Assembly: GCA_951406725.2 (NCBI GenBank) | Contig: OX597825.1 | Coordinates: 82,026,001-82,090,000, forward strand | Reading direction: 5' to 3' | Source of the DNA: Octopus vulgaris | Lineage: Eukaryota | Length of the DNA stretch: 64,000 nucleotides | In this document: in pieces, positions 26,351-39,238 of the stretch | Layout of the letters: every line of letters starts with the position of its first letter | Numbering within the stretch: the first letter of the stretch is position 1 | Translations under genes and position numbers: made by a program | The notes under the pieces: generated by a model | Seen by the model: the letters and a program-made list of their open reading frames with translations, nothing else | The model's database searches: none | Told to the model about the DNA's origin: nothing

Positions 26351-27264
26351 GTCTTAATTTCCATTCTAAATTGGCATTACTCCATAATTCTTTGTCCTTC
26401 AAAATTTACTAGATTTCAGATTTTCGTGTTGATTAAGCAAGAATTTTGGTCCCCCAAGGCTATTCATGGCGATTACATGACATTCCGAAGTATAGAATCG
26501 CGGATATCCTTGGAATGAAGTGGTTCTAATTTTGATCTCAAAATTGACTCTTCTAAAAAACGTTGACTCTTCAAAAATATATAAGTTGACTCTTCTAAAA
26601 AAATCACTACGGAGCGACTTTTTGAACACTATAAAATTCACTGATATAAAAGGACTTTAAAACACTGTAGTGTTTCGACCTCATTGTGTTCCACCGTACT
26701 CAAAATTACTCATTCGTATCAATGAATCAAACCAGGGCATAGATTCCTGGTTATGAGAATCTGCGAACAAATTCTTTGCTGATGATGTTTGCCGATCTCT
26801 GCCAAATAGATAAGAACTCATGAGATGTACGCACATCAGTGAACATCCAAGTAATAACGCATCTATATATTCCTAATACACTACGGCAGTTTCGAACATA
26901 AATATGCTGATCGTTGTTGTTTTCCTTCATCGGAAACACTTTCTCCCTTCAGACGATGCGTATTCAGAACACGCGTGATTTATTGATGTAACTGGACTTA
27001 AGACATTAGCAGATTCGAACGTGAGTATGATGATAGTATAAAACTTCGCCGTGATTATTATTATTATTGTATTTGAGATCAAAATTAGAACCACTTCATT
27101 CCAAGGATATCCGCGATTCTATACTTCGGAATGTCATGTAATCGCCATGAATAGCCTTGGGGACCAAAATTCTTGCTTAATCAACACCAAAATCTGAAAT
27201 CTAGTAAATTTTGAAGGACAAAGAATTATGGAGTAATGCCAATTTAGAATGGAAATTAAGACAT
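26349..27264. repeat. Near-perfect 194-bp inverted repeat (26349-26542 / 27072-27264)
   Basis: One substitution and one 1-bp indel seen by eye. Confidence 0.92.
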
Positions 27265-27540
27265 CAATTAAATTAAGCAAGAACTTAAAAAGTTTGAACA
27301 TTTGGGAGTAAGGTTTCATAAAAAAGAATCGAAGTAGGTCAAGTTCTATTTTTATCGTAAATACATATGATATGTTGAAAATATTGGTTGAAAATATCAA
27401 CAACAAACCAGTGATCGTGAAAACATAAAAAACAAATTAAAACAAGAAACGGATAATAAAAATCAGCCTGGGAAATAGATCGCAGCATCCACTTAACTTC
27501 AATGTTCCACGTGATTGTGATACACATTTATGTAATTAAA

Positions 27541-28155
27541 TATTCTTTTCTACTCTAGGCACAAGGCCCGAAATTTAGAGGGAGGGGCCAGTCGATTAGA
27601 TCGACCCCAGTATGCAACTGGTACTTTCTTTAGCGACTCCGAAAGGATGAAAGGCAAAGTCGACCTCGGCGGAATTTGAACTCAGAACCTAATGACAGAC
27701 GAATATTCCGCTAAGTATTTCGCCCGGCGTGATAACGTTTCTTATTTCTTGACTACCCACAAGGGGATAAACATAGAGGGGACAAACAAGGAGAGACAAA
27801 CGGATTAAATCGATTATATCGACCTCAGTGTGTAACTGGTACTTATTTAATCGACCCCGATAGGATGAAAGGCAAAGTCGACCTCGGCGAAATTTGAACT
27901 CAGAACGTAACGGCAGACGAAATACCTACTTCTTTATTACCCACAAGGGGATAAACACAGAGAGGGCAAACAAGGACAGACAAACGGATTAAGTCGATTA
28001 CATCGACCCCAGTGCGTAACTGGTACTTAATTTATCGACGCCGAAAGGATGAAAGGCAAAGTCGACCTCGGCGGAATTTGAACTCAGAACGTAACGCAGA
28101 CGAAATACCGCTAAGCATTTCGCCCGGCGTGCTAACGCTTCTGCCAGCTCATCGT
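27541..28155 (-). mobile_element. Family A SINE trimer (tail B, tail B, tail A)
   Basis: Three ~180-bp units with one complete head. Confidence 0.92.
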
Positions 28156-28370
28156 CTTTCTTAATACTGCAAGAATGGCATGGGTGGCGGCATGTTGAAC
28201 GGGTATTTCTTCAACTAGCAAAGCTGAATATAAAGATGGTATGAGTATTACTTGCGCAGGGGTCGGTTCCCTCAAGTGACAGACAGCAAGGAACCAACTT
28301 GCAGCATGGTAAGACTACCAGTCACTTTTAATACTTATTTGAATTAGATGTATTTCTTTTCTATCTATCC

Positions 28371-28449
<79 letters not shown>

Positions 28450-28453
28450 AATA

Positions 28454-28538
<85 letters not shown>

Positions 28539-28562
28539 GTCTGTCTGTCACACACACACACA

Positions 28563-28602
<40 letters not shown>

Positions 28603-29815
28603 CTATCCCCCTCTCTCTCTATCCACCTCTCTCTCTCTCTCTCTATCAGTCTGTCTATCTGTCTGTCTGTCCCCCAGTATTCTTTCACTTCTTTTTACTC
28701 ACACTCTGCACCTCCCACCCCGATCTTCCTCCCCGTTACCTTTTCGTTTTTTTCTTTTACTTTATTTCCTCCCTTCTGCCTTCTCTGCTCCCAACATTTC
28801 TTCAGCCTTTCTCAAAGAACTGGGAGAATCCACAGACAGGGAGACAACCACACCCTCAACACGCCCAACACCCCCAGCACCACAACGTCCCAACGCCCCA
28901 CCGAACCCCCACCCCGCCTTCCTCTCCGCACAACACTCTAAGACCTGGCTATGTCTTGTCTGTCTTGGTTGGGATAATTTCTCATTTCTCAACTCTGATG
29001 TAATTCACTTGAATGAGATGTAATCCCTTAATTCCTTCTTATTTCACATTTTTGGTTCGTTACAATTCCTTCTTCCCCCCTCTTATTACTCACCCCTCTC
29101 TCTCTCCCTCCGTCATTCTTCGAGAGGAAATACTTTTTTCAAAAACTTAAGAAAAGTAAAATAAAAGTAAATTAAATAACAAAAAAATGATTCCAAGTCT
29201 AAAGCGATTACTTATATGGTTTCTTTCTTTTTCTTATTTTTTCTTCTTTTGTTTAGTTGTTAAAATTAGATTTGGTTATATTTGAGTAACTCGTTATAAA
29301 GATTTGATATCGTGAGATGGCAGCTGGTTTGAAGTTGTCTCAGAAAATGAAATTTATAGCGAAGAGGAGGATGAAGACGGATGAAGAAAACCAAAAAAAA
29401 AAAAAACGAAAAAAAAAGAAAGAAAAAAAGAAGGAAAATGAAGGAGAGAAGTGGGACCAGAGTAAGAAAGGGAATAATGATAAGCTTGGAGAAACAAGAC
29501 CAAGAAGCAGAAAGAGGATGAAGCGGAAGGGAGATGGCGTTGGTGGATGGAGATTATCGCCACCAACAATAACAACAAAAAGAAATTGTGAGCCAATAAC
29601 AGAGAGTTCTTATGGTCGATTGACCTGGTAAAAACAGCAGCAGTTTCTCTTTTAAATCACATAGCACAATTTCTCAGAAAAAAAGAAAGAAAAAGAGAAA
29701 GAAAAAAATAAGACATATCAGATAAGGTAGTCCTAGATATATTATGTCTGAAATTAAAGGCAGAATAGACACGCTTGGAAGAACCAAGGTCTGCTAGAAC
29801 ACAGTTAATACATGC

Positions 29816-29846
<31 letters not shown>

Positions 29847-29894
29847 GCATGTATTAGCTTACGCACATACACACACATATATAGCATGTACAAG

Positions 29895-29932
<38 letters not shown>

Positions 29933-29952
29933 CACATATATATACATACTTA

Positions 29953-29992
<40 letters not shown>

Positions 29993-30479
29993 ACGATAGA
30001 TTTGTATAAAATTAATACTATATATTACATAACAGATGTTGTATATAAAATTTACACTATGTATCAAATAAATAGCTGTAATATATAAAAATTAATACTG
30101 CTAGCAGACACACACCACCCTCCAGGTGGTTTTCTGCAAGACACGAGATAACATTGCACATTTGATTCCCTACTTCGGTAAATTTTCTGTGTGACATCTA
30201 ATTTCCATCTGTATCTTTTGCTCATCTGATAGCATTCGCTCGGTCAATAAATAAATTTTCAATAATGGTAAACTCTCAAAGATAGTGTAAGAATTTATGG
30301 AGAAATCAGGTATGCTGTTGACTTAGCTTAACCCCGTTAAAATCTTTAGTTTATCGCATGTGTGCATATAAGAAAATTTCGTAACTTCGCAGAACAGATA
30401 ACTCAGAATGTGAAGACGGACAAAATATCGCTAAGAATTTTGCCCGGTGTGATAACGATTCTACCAGTTTACCGCCGCA

Positions 30480-31199
30480 GCTCAAGAACAAGCATTAAGG
30501 ACCAACTATGTGAGGTGCAGAATAGACAACACTACCGACAGCGACAAATGCAGAACGTGTGGTGAAAGGGGTGAAATAGTATGGCACATCGTTAGCGAAT
30601 ACCCGGAATTGCCACAACGCGAATGCAAAAGACAGCATGGCAATGTGGTAAGAATGATCCATTGGGAGCTCTGTGGAAATCTCGACCTACAAAGAGCAAA
30701 TTCGTCGTATGAGAAAACCCCAGAAGGAGTCAGTGGAAATGAGAATTGCAAAATCTTGTGGGATGTAATGATCCAGTGAGATCACTCGACCAGACATAGG
30801 AAACCGGAATTGTTGTGGTGGATAAAAGAGTAAGACCATGTATGATAATTGACATAGCATGCCCTGGTGACAACAGGATCAATGTGAAAGAAAAAAAACA
30901 AAACAACTATGATGATTTAAAGTGGGAAATATGAAGGTTGTGATCAAAGAAGAGAGAAGACGTTATAGCAATAGTAATTGGTGCACTTGGAAGTATCAGC
31001 GCTGAACTACCAACATGGCTGAAAAAGATTGGTGCAAGTTTGAAGGTAGAACACCTACAAAAATCAGCATTGCTTGGAATTGGACGATTTCTTTGCAGGG
31101 TTCTTGAAGCATGACCAGTAAACAAGTATCACCTTAGTCTGCTGGCTGTGAACAGCTGACACTTTCCAACATACCCAACAAAAGAAGCTGTGAGTTTTC

Positions 31200-31201
<2 letters not shown>
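30480..31201 (+). mobile_element. R4/Dong-clade non-LTR retrotransposon 3' fragment (CCHC knuckle + restriction-like endonuclease)
   Basis: KCRTCGERGEIVWHIVSE..KRQHGNVVRMIHWELC..KILWD..RKP..MIIDIACPGD..IVIGALG..LQKSALLG..RVLEA* (stop 31112-31114); followed by (TAA)n, the known Dong target. Confidence 0.88.

Positions 31202-31290
<89 letters not shown>
31202..31290. repeat. (TAA)n microsatellite
   Basis: Directly visible. Confidence 0.97.
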
Positions 31291-31291
<1 letters not shown>

Positions 31292-31294
31292 GTG

Positions 31295-31500
31295 CTTGCT
31301 ACTATAGGCACAATTTGTGGGGAGGGGAGATAGAAGATTATATCGATCCCAGTGCCTGGCTGGTACTTATTTTTTCGACCCCGAACTTATGAAGTCAAAG
31401 TTGCACCAGGAGGCATTTGAACTCATAACGTAAAGACGGACGAAATGCCGTTAAGTATTTTGTCCTATGCGTTACCGATTCCACTAACTCGCCGTTTTCG
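31295..31500 (-). mobile_element. Diverged family A SINE whose tail is the adjacent (TTA)n
   Basis: atcgatcccagtgcctggctggtacttatt...atttgaactcataacgtaaagacggacgaaatgccg. Confidence 0.8.
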
Positions 31501-31871
31501 CCACCGCTTTAATATTACCCGAAGATAATACCCACAAAACAGTATCCTCTCCACCCTACAAAAAAAAATCACCCAAAACGCTACCCGAAATCTCATTTAT
31601 GAATGATTCATGAAGAAACACAAGCAAGATAGATACAGAAACCACTTGAACCCATTAAAGGTTTGCTGTAGGGTGTAGTAAAATTGTCTCTGGGGAGAGG
31701 CTAAATGGGTAAAGTAGACGTCGAGGGATCAAATTCTACTGACATACGTCCCAGATATAAAAACCACGTGATTTTGAATAAGCCTCTCCGGTTACATTCT
31801 TGTTGTTGGTCACTTGATATTTCAGATTGCAGGGAATTGTGGTTTGTGAAACAGAGACTACACACACCCTT

Positions 31872-32572
31872 TGATGATAGTGATGGTGGCGGCGGTGGTG
31901 GTGGTTGATATACTGATGGTGGTGGTGGGTGGGAGGGTGGTTGGTCTGCCGGTAATGGTGATAATGATGATGATGATGATGGATGTGTTGGTAGTAGTAA
32001 TGGTGTTTGAGATACTGATGACAGCGGTGATAATGATGGTGGTGGTGGTGGTGATAGCGGTTGAAATGGTGGTGGAGGAGATTATGACTGAAGTGATGGT
32101 GATGGTGGTGGTGGTAGTGACGGTGATGGAGAAGATTATGACTGAAATGGTGGTGATGGTGGTGGTGGTGAGGAGGTTGGTTTCAATGGTCATAGTGATT
32201 ATGATAATGCTGGTAGTGTTGTTATTGTTGTTGTTGTTGATGATGATGATGATGGTGGTGGAGCTGAGGTTATTGTTGATGTTGTTGTGGTGGTAATGAT
32301 GGTGGTGTTGGTGGTGAGGGTGATGAGGAACATGGTGATAACGATTATGATGATGACGATGATGATGAAGATGATGATGATGACGACGATGACGACGACG
32401 ACCATGATGATAATGATGGTAATGATGACGACGACGCTGATGATAATGATGATGGTGATGATGATGATGATGACGATGATGATGAGTATGGTGATAACGA
32501 TTGAAATGATGACGACGACGACGACGACAATGACGATGATGATAATGATGATGGTGATGGTGATGATGATGA
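31872..32572. repeat. Degenerate GGT/GAT/GAC trinucleotide low-complexity tract
   Basis: Directly visible; source of the poly-His/Met/Val ORFs. Confidence 0.9.
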
Positions 32573-32989
32573 AAAATAAATAAATAAATAACTGTAATGA
32601 ATGAAAAACGAAAATAAACAAATCGCATGTTTTACTGCCTCAAATTAAGATCAAATTTAGTTATTTTTGCAGCAGGGAGGAAAATTTACTCAATAATTTA
32701 AACTGACAAACACGTTCTCAAATCTCACCCTTCCTAATATTGTATAACATACATACATTCATATACACTTAGGTAGACGTGGGCATTGGAAGGATTTGTT
32801 AGTGTTTCGTGTAATGAATACCAGTACTTAAAATCTTTTACTATTAATTTAAACTTGGTGACAAAGAAAATGGTTATCTTTGGAGAAAGGCCGTGAAGTT
32901 CTCTTTTTGGGAAAACCAAGAAGCGAAATTAAAGTAACAAATAACAACGCGTGGATTATTATTATTAATATCATAATTATTATTATTAT

Positions 32990-33706
32990 TATTCTATGTT
33001 TGACTTTTGATTTATATTTGTACAAGTTGGCTCCAAGTCTCACCTAGAGACCTCAAGAGACAACAGGTTGGAAGTTCGTATTGTTGTTATGCCTAGTGTG
33101 CCATATATTTGGTTTTGTATTTAGTGTTGTACTAGTGAATGCCTAAAAAAAACAAAAAAAAAAACGATATTATTATTATTATTATTGAGTGAGAGTGCAT
33201 TGCATGCAATCAAAGTGACACTGGGGTACAAATATACGAAGCCCAATATACCCATCATGACTACTCGTCTGATAATAGTACACCATTTACATGCAGCACA
33301 ACCATATGTGCGCGACATGGTGATCTCATATCAAGATAAACAGCACATGACATTGCAGGTGGGCCCAGTTAGAATTTTTTTTCTGGTCGAGTAGCTCATC
33401 CCATTCAAAGGTCCTTGAATAAGGGCTGTTTCAGGATGCTGAACAAAACACCTATGTTTCCAGTGGTGAATTATCCAAACCCCAATGAATCCCTCTCAAC
33501 ACATGGCTATGATGCTCCCCCACTACTCCTACTCGTGATCAGAGATGCACATATCGTCAGCCACTAAAGGACATGATCTGTGGTATTGAGCAGAATATTT
33601 ATGTAGCCCATCTTTTTATGTCAAGACAAAACAATGTACATGATAACACTTCCAATCAGTTAAGATCAAAAGAAATGAGAGCCACTGCCTGGTACTGCAT
33701 CAAAGC

Positions 33707-33768
<62 letters not shown>

Positions 33769-33797
33769 TATATTATATTATATTATATTATATTATT

Positions 33798-33830
<33 letters not shown>

Positions 33831-33970
33831 TTATGTTTGACTTTTGCTTTATGTCTGTACAAGTTGGCTCCAAATCTCACCCAGAGACCTCAAGAGACAA
33901 CAGGTTGGAAGTTCTGTGCCATATATTTGGTTTTTTTTTTTTTTTTGGTGTTGTACTAGTGAATGTCTAA
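32990..33970 (-). mobile_element. Stack of (TAA)n-flanked retroposon 3' ends: two copies of a ~150-bp end (32990-33150, 33828-33970) and a ~520-bp element (33186-33710)
   Basis: Duplicated gtacaagttggctccaa.tctcacc.agagacctcaagagacaacaggttggaagttc; each piece bounded by (TTA)n. Confidence 0.6.
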
Positions 33971-33976
33971 TACATA

Positions 33977-34015
<39 letters not shown>

Positions 34016-34021
34016 GGAGAT

Positions 34022-34192
34022 AAGGTGGCGAGCTGGCAGAATCATTAGCACGCCGGGCGAAATGCTTAGCGGTTTTCGTCTGCCGCTTCGTTCTGAGTTC
34101 AAATTCCGCCGGGGTCGACTCTGCCTTTCATCCTTTCGGGATCGATTAAATAATTACGAGTTACGCACTGGGGTAGATGTAATCGACTTCAT
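34022..34192 (+). mobile_element. Family A SINE
   Basis: ggtggcgagctggcagaatcattagcacgccgggcgaaatgcttagc... Confidence 0.9.
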
Positions 34193-34479
34193 CCCGTCAT
34201 TACACGAACATGTGGCGGTCGCTTACGAACATTTAGAAATGTGTGAAGAACAGCATAGATTGCTCAAAAATACAACTGGCAGCAAGACTGAAGTAGATGT
34301 TCTCTATTAACATCGACAAACCACAAATTGATAGAATGTTTATGAGATGAATTGACAGAAAACTTTTTGAATTGATGCTATTAGGGAACGATAAGTGACA
34401 AAGAAACTTCGAGTACAAATTGAGGTCCCTAGCTATAGGGCATTGGATTGCTATAGTGTATTGTTGCAGTTACCGTTTG

Positions 34480-35160
34480 TAAATACTAGGGAGCAGCAGA
34501 GAAAGATCGAAAAGAGAACACATAATCAAAATTAACTAATTTCCTCTAAAAAAAAAATCAATAGGTTACGAGAAAATAAACATCGCCCGATTGGAAACTA
34601 TCATCAGATGCAAAGTGAATGATAAATTCACGACTTACTAGATGCAAATTTACGAAGGATGTCGATGATATACGGAAACTGCCGATGAAAGATATTAATT
34701 ATTAGTAATTATCTCATTCGTAAGTAAACCAATTTTCAATTAGCACAGACTACAAGCGATGAGATAAAAGATTTATTATCGGAAGAAATGACAAGAACGC
34801 AGTACCATTAACTGCAAGTTTACCATAAACACACACGAGTTGTATAACGTAATATGAAACAATACCCTCAAGGTTTTTAAAACCTTGAGGGTATTGTTTC
34901 ATATTCCTCTCTTAGAAGATCTGTAGGCATTGCTGGGTGGTGCCGTTGGTGAAATTTGGAATAAAAATAATGAGCGCAACTGCGATGCAGTATGGATAAA
35001 TGATCGAGTGAGAACTATTGAGACGTCTCCCACAAAACCTATGACACCACGAATGAAATTCTCTAAACAATTGCTGCAAAATTACCAAATGAAAAAAATC
35101 TCCTGGGAGAGACCTTATACTGGGTTACGGGTAAGGAAGAGTAACATTCTATGGTGAAGC
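34480..35160 (+). pseudogene. Highly decayed R4/Dong-like ORF segment just upstream of the RT domain
   Basis: EIWNKNNERNCDAVWI...AKLPNEK/KSPGRDLILGY resembles the K.PNWKSPG.D.I.G.W motif at the start of R4/Dong RT; frameshifted. Confidence 0.45.
34851..34905. repeat. Perfect palindrome, 27-bp arms with 1-nt spacer
   Basis: aatatgaaacaataccctcaaggtttt-t-aaaaccttgagggtattgtttcatatt. Confidence 0.97.
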
Positions 35161-35559
35161 TGTTGGAAATCTGCTAAAAACATAACAAAATGGACACTGA
35201 TCTAGATGTTTTAAGCTGGTTGACACTTATTTATGCAATTACTATCGTAGTTATTATTTAGACACCGGTATTGTGTCTAAATGAGAAACAACTAGAAGCC
35301 ATTGTTGTTGTTATTATTATTATTATTATTGTTATTATTATTGAGGGTGCAAACAGGCACAATCGTTAGAGCGTTGGAAGAGATGCTTTGCAATAATATT
35401 TCATATATTGTATTTTCAAATCTCGGTGAGGTTAACATTATCTTTCATGCCTCCAGGGCCGTTAAAATAAAATATCAGTAAAATTCTGGGGTCGAAAGTC
35501 ACGTGCCTAAATTAGAGACCGTTACCATAGTGTTAATACTTAATCATTTCAGGATCTTG

Positions 35560-35832
35560 AACCCTTAAAGACGGTTCTGCAGTTTCTTGCTGAGCGACCG
35601 ATACGAATGATTTCGTTTATAGGGATCAAATATTTATGCTGCTGCACATAAGCTCACTCTCCCCATCAAATCGACATTGCGTGAACAGGTGCATGGTGTA
35701 CCTTGGCTCAGGTGTCGACGGAATCGCAGAGCAAGTATTTTTGCTTAAGAACAGAACAAACTGCCCAATCCAGAAATCGGAACCACGATTTCGTTATCAA
35801 GAGTGCAACACCCTAACGACTAGGCCATGTGC
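35560..35832 (-). mobile_element. Family C SINE (head H1 + tail T3)
   Basis: Colinear with 51335-51620 (cataagctcactc.c.ccatca.atcgacatt; gagtgcaacacc.taac). Confidence 0.75.
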
Positions 35833-35876
35833 CCTCACCTACATACATACACACACACACGCACATACACACACAA

Positions 35877-35999
<123 letters not shown>

Positions 36000-36424
36000 C
36001 ATACTCATGCAGACACACACATAGTTAGAGACGTTTATGGATTTGTATATATAAAACACTTAAAATATCAGATTTCTAAACTGTGGTCACACTTATAATG
36101 GTGTTAAACCCTTAACAAAATACAGAAGCTATTTCTTTAATCTCTTGTTTGTCTTCTCTGGTGGTATGTAAAGAATTAAGTCTCGTCTAGATTATAGGAT
36201 CATGATAATTTCTTTATTTCTACCCTTTGCCAACCAATTACCCCCTTCTCAGTGATAGTGAATGACTAGAACTTGTCATTTTAAGGGATTATCGCTTCCG
36301 GTAAAACTTCTTATATCTCATCAGATACTTATAATTTTATGATGGTCAACACAAGGACTCTTAATGTTTTCTCGCCTCCCATACGGTCAAATCTAAATAA
36401 TTCATTTTTCTACTTTGCACTATA

Positions 36425-36473
<49 letters not shown>

Positions 36474-36519
36474 CAAAGTTGAGTTGTGGGGTATATATAT
36501 ATATATGTAGTATATATAA

Positions 36520-36592
<73 letters not shown>

Positions 36593-36613
36593 TATATGCA
36601 GATAATTTACATA

Positions 36614-36677
<64 letters not shown>

Positions 36678-36707
36678 CAGATATGTAATGTATATGTATA
36701 TATTGTA

Positions 36708-36801
<94 letters not shown>

Positions 36802-37586
36802 ATACATACCCACACGCACACACTCACTCATATATTTCTTATTCTGCATAGAATCATAAACATGAGGCTTTGATTAAGTGAATCAGGAGGTCTACATAAA
36901 AACCATTCGCGCGTTCCAAAACTTTACCAAACTATAAATATTTACAAGAATTTAAAGAATTAACAGAGGAATCCGAACTTTTTATTTTGAATTTTGAAAC
37001 AAAATATTATCGCATGAATATCACCATTGTGCCTTCCTTCATATTGGAGCTTGGAATTAAGAGAGCAACACCCAGTTCTCTATGTATTCCATATGCGACC
37101 AATGTGGAATTTGTTTCGGTGCCTGAAAATAATTTATGGTTCATCAAAGAATTTTTCTATGCTTGTCTGACCAAAGAAAATTTTAGAAAATTTTTTTTGA
37201 AACACTTGTCTTTTTTTACCTGTTTTTTTTTTATCATTTTGTTTTGTATTACTTGTTTCAGTCATGGGGCGGCGGTCATGCTGGGGCACCACCTTGTCGA
37301 GATTAGACGAACAAATCGACTACAGTACTTCTTTTCTTATTTATTTTCAAGCCTAGGGCCTATTTTATCGGTTTCCTTAATCGAAACGTTAAATTTACAG
37401 GGACGTAAACAAACCAATACTGACTATCAAGTGACAGTGGGAGAGTAACGGACACACACACACGTATATGTACGTACACACATATATGTACGTACACACA
37501 CATATATATACATGTATATTATATATATATACATGTATATCATGTATATATATATGCATACATATATACATGTATATTATGTATAT

Positions 37587-37773
37587 ACGCCATGATAGAT
37601 CGTTAGCTACTACACGCATTATTTTCTCTCCTTGTTTCTCTCCTTGTTTTTTTCTGTGTATCTTTCTGTCGAAGAGCGTAGGCTCGAAACTTAAAAGACT
37701 TTTTCTATACTAATACATTTGTTTGTTTGTACTTCACCTGCCTTCGTCTTTTGTTTATTTTCGTAAACTTTCC

Positions 37774-37778
<5 letters not shown>
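37587..37778 (+). mobile_element. ~200-bp (TA)n-flanked element, probably Penelope-like derived
   Basis: Colinear with 43331-43530 (-) from cgccatgatagatcgttagc to tttcgtaaact. Confidence 0.75.
37661..37698 (+). ncRNA. Minimal type-I hammerhead-like motif (variant core CUGUCGA)
   Basis: tcttt-CTGTCGA-a-GAGC gtag GCTC-GAAAC-TTA-aaaga: stem I 5 bp, stem II 4 bp. Confidence 0.5.
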
Positions 37779-37827
<49 letters not shown>

Positions 37828-37836
37828 ACATATATA

Positions 37837-38010
37837 CACGGGTTGGACAAAATAATGGAAACACCTTAAAATTTCAAACAAATTTATTTTAATATGGCGT
37901 AGGACCGTCTCTGGCAGTAATTACAGCTTGAATTCTACAAGGTATGGACACGACAAAGTTTGAATTGTTTCCAAAGGAATTTTTGTCCATTCTTCAGCTA
38001 AAACTGTCTC
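37837..38010 (-). mobile_element. Tc1 3' end with TIR
   Basis: TA|cacgggttggacaaaataatggaaacacc; minus strand ETVLAEEWTKIPLETIQTL/SIPCRIQAVITARDGPTPY*. Confidence 0.88.
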
Positions 38011-38640
38011 CTCGAAAATGAGGTAAAAACAAACAAGTAGAGTGCATTGGGTTTATGGCCAGGAAAAATGAAAGGAAAAGTCTTTTGCGTTTCCAGAATA
38101 CGCTCTTCTACAGAAGAATAGACGAGGAAAGAAAGAAAAGGGAGAACTGAAGGAACAAAGGTGTTTCAATTAGATAGTCACCGCATGCTGAAATGACCGG
38201 AAGAGGATGAGGTCGCTAAAGGTATAAAGGCCAAGGGGGGGGGGGGGTGCAGGAGTTGAATCGAGGTGTAGGTGGCAAGTGGAACATCTGTGAACGTGAC
38301 ATATGTATGTGCGTGCAAGTGTGTGTGTTTGTATTGAACCAATGTGTGCGTGTATAGAGTATGTGTATGCAGGTGTGTATGTGTGTATGTATGTGTATGC
38401 GTGCATTTGTTCATGTTTCCTGTTTGCGCATGTCTGAAACAATCTGATATGTGTGTGAGTAGGAGGCTATCCCACGGATGTGTGTGTCTGTGTGTGAGTG
38501 TACAAGCGCGTGTGGGTGTACGAAAATGTTGTGAGCATGTATACGGTGTATGTTTGTGCATGTATGTAGCTGTGTATACGTATATGTGTGTCCTTGATTC
38601 CTGTTTGTGAATGTTAATGAGGCTAGGTTCATGCGTGATG

Positions 38641-38890
38641 GCGTGTGGCTTAGTGGTTAGGGGTGTTAGACTCATAATCGTAATATTGTGGTTTCGATTC
38701 CTGGACCGGGCGATGCGTTGTGTTCTTGAGCAAAACACTTCATTTCACGTTGCTCCAGTCCACTCGGCTGGCAAAAAGGAGTTATCCTGCGACGAACCAG
38801 CGTCCCGTCCAGGTGTAGAATCTATACGCCATGTAAAATCAGGAAACCGGCCCTTATGAATCGGCATGTCTCGAGAAGGTAACCTCTACC
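38641..38890 (+). mobile_element. Family C SINE (head H1 + tail T2)
   Basis: tggcttagtggttag..gtttcgattcc..gttcttgagcaaaacact..gcgtcccgtccagg..ggaaaccggccc. Confidence 0.8.
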
Positions 38891-39029
38891 TTTAATTAAT
38901 TAATTAATTTTTTACTTACTCATGCCAGCGAATTTTAAGATAGAAAAAATCATGACAACTCTACAACGTTTCTTTTTCTACACAATTATACAATCAACCA
39001 ACAATTTAATTCATTATTAAAATGTCCGA

Positions 39030-39238
39030 TGCGGTGAGCTGGCAGAATCGACGGGCAAAATGTTTAGCGACATTTCACCCGTCCTTACGGTCTGAGTTCA
39101 AATTCGGCTGTGGCGGACTTTGCCTTTCATCCTTTCGGGGTCGATAAAATAAATACCAATCGAAAACAGGCGTCGATGTAATCGACTATCTCCCTCCTCC
39201 AAATTTCAGGCCCTGTGCCTATAGTAGAAATGGTTATT
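39030..39238 (+). mobile_element. Family A SINE with a diagnostic head deletion
   Basis: gcggtgagctggcagaatcg^acgggc...ctttgcctttcatcctttcggggtcgataaaat. Confidence 0.88.

Noticed and set aside
31858-32628. His-rich 256-aa ORF
   Set aside because: Degenerate trinucleotide tract open in several frames on both strands; no domain or splice support
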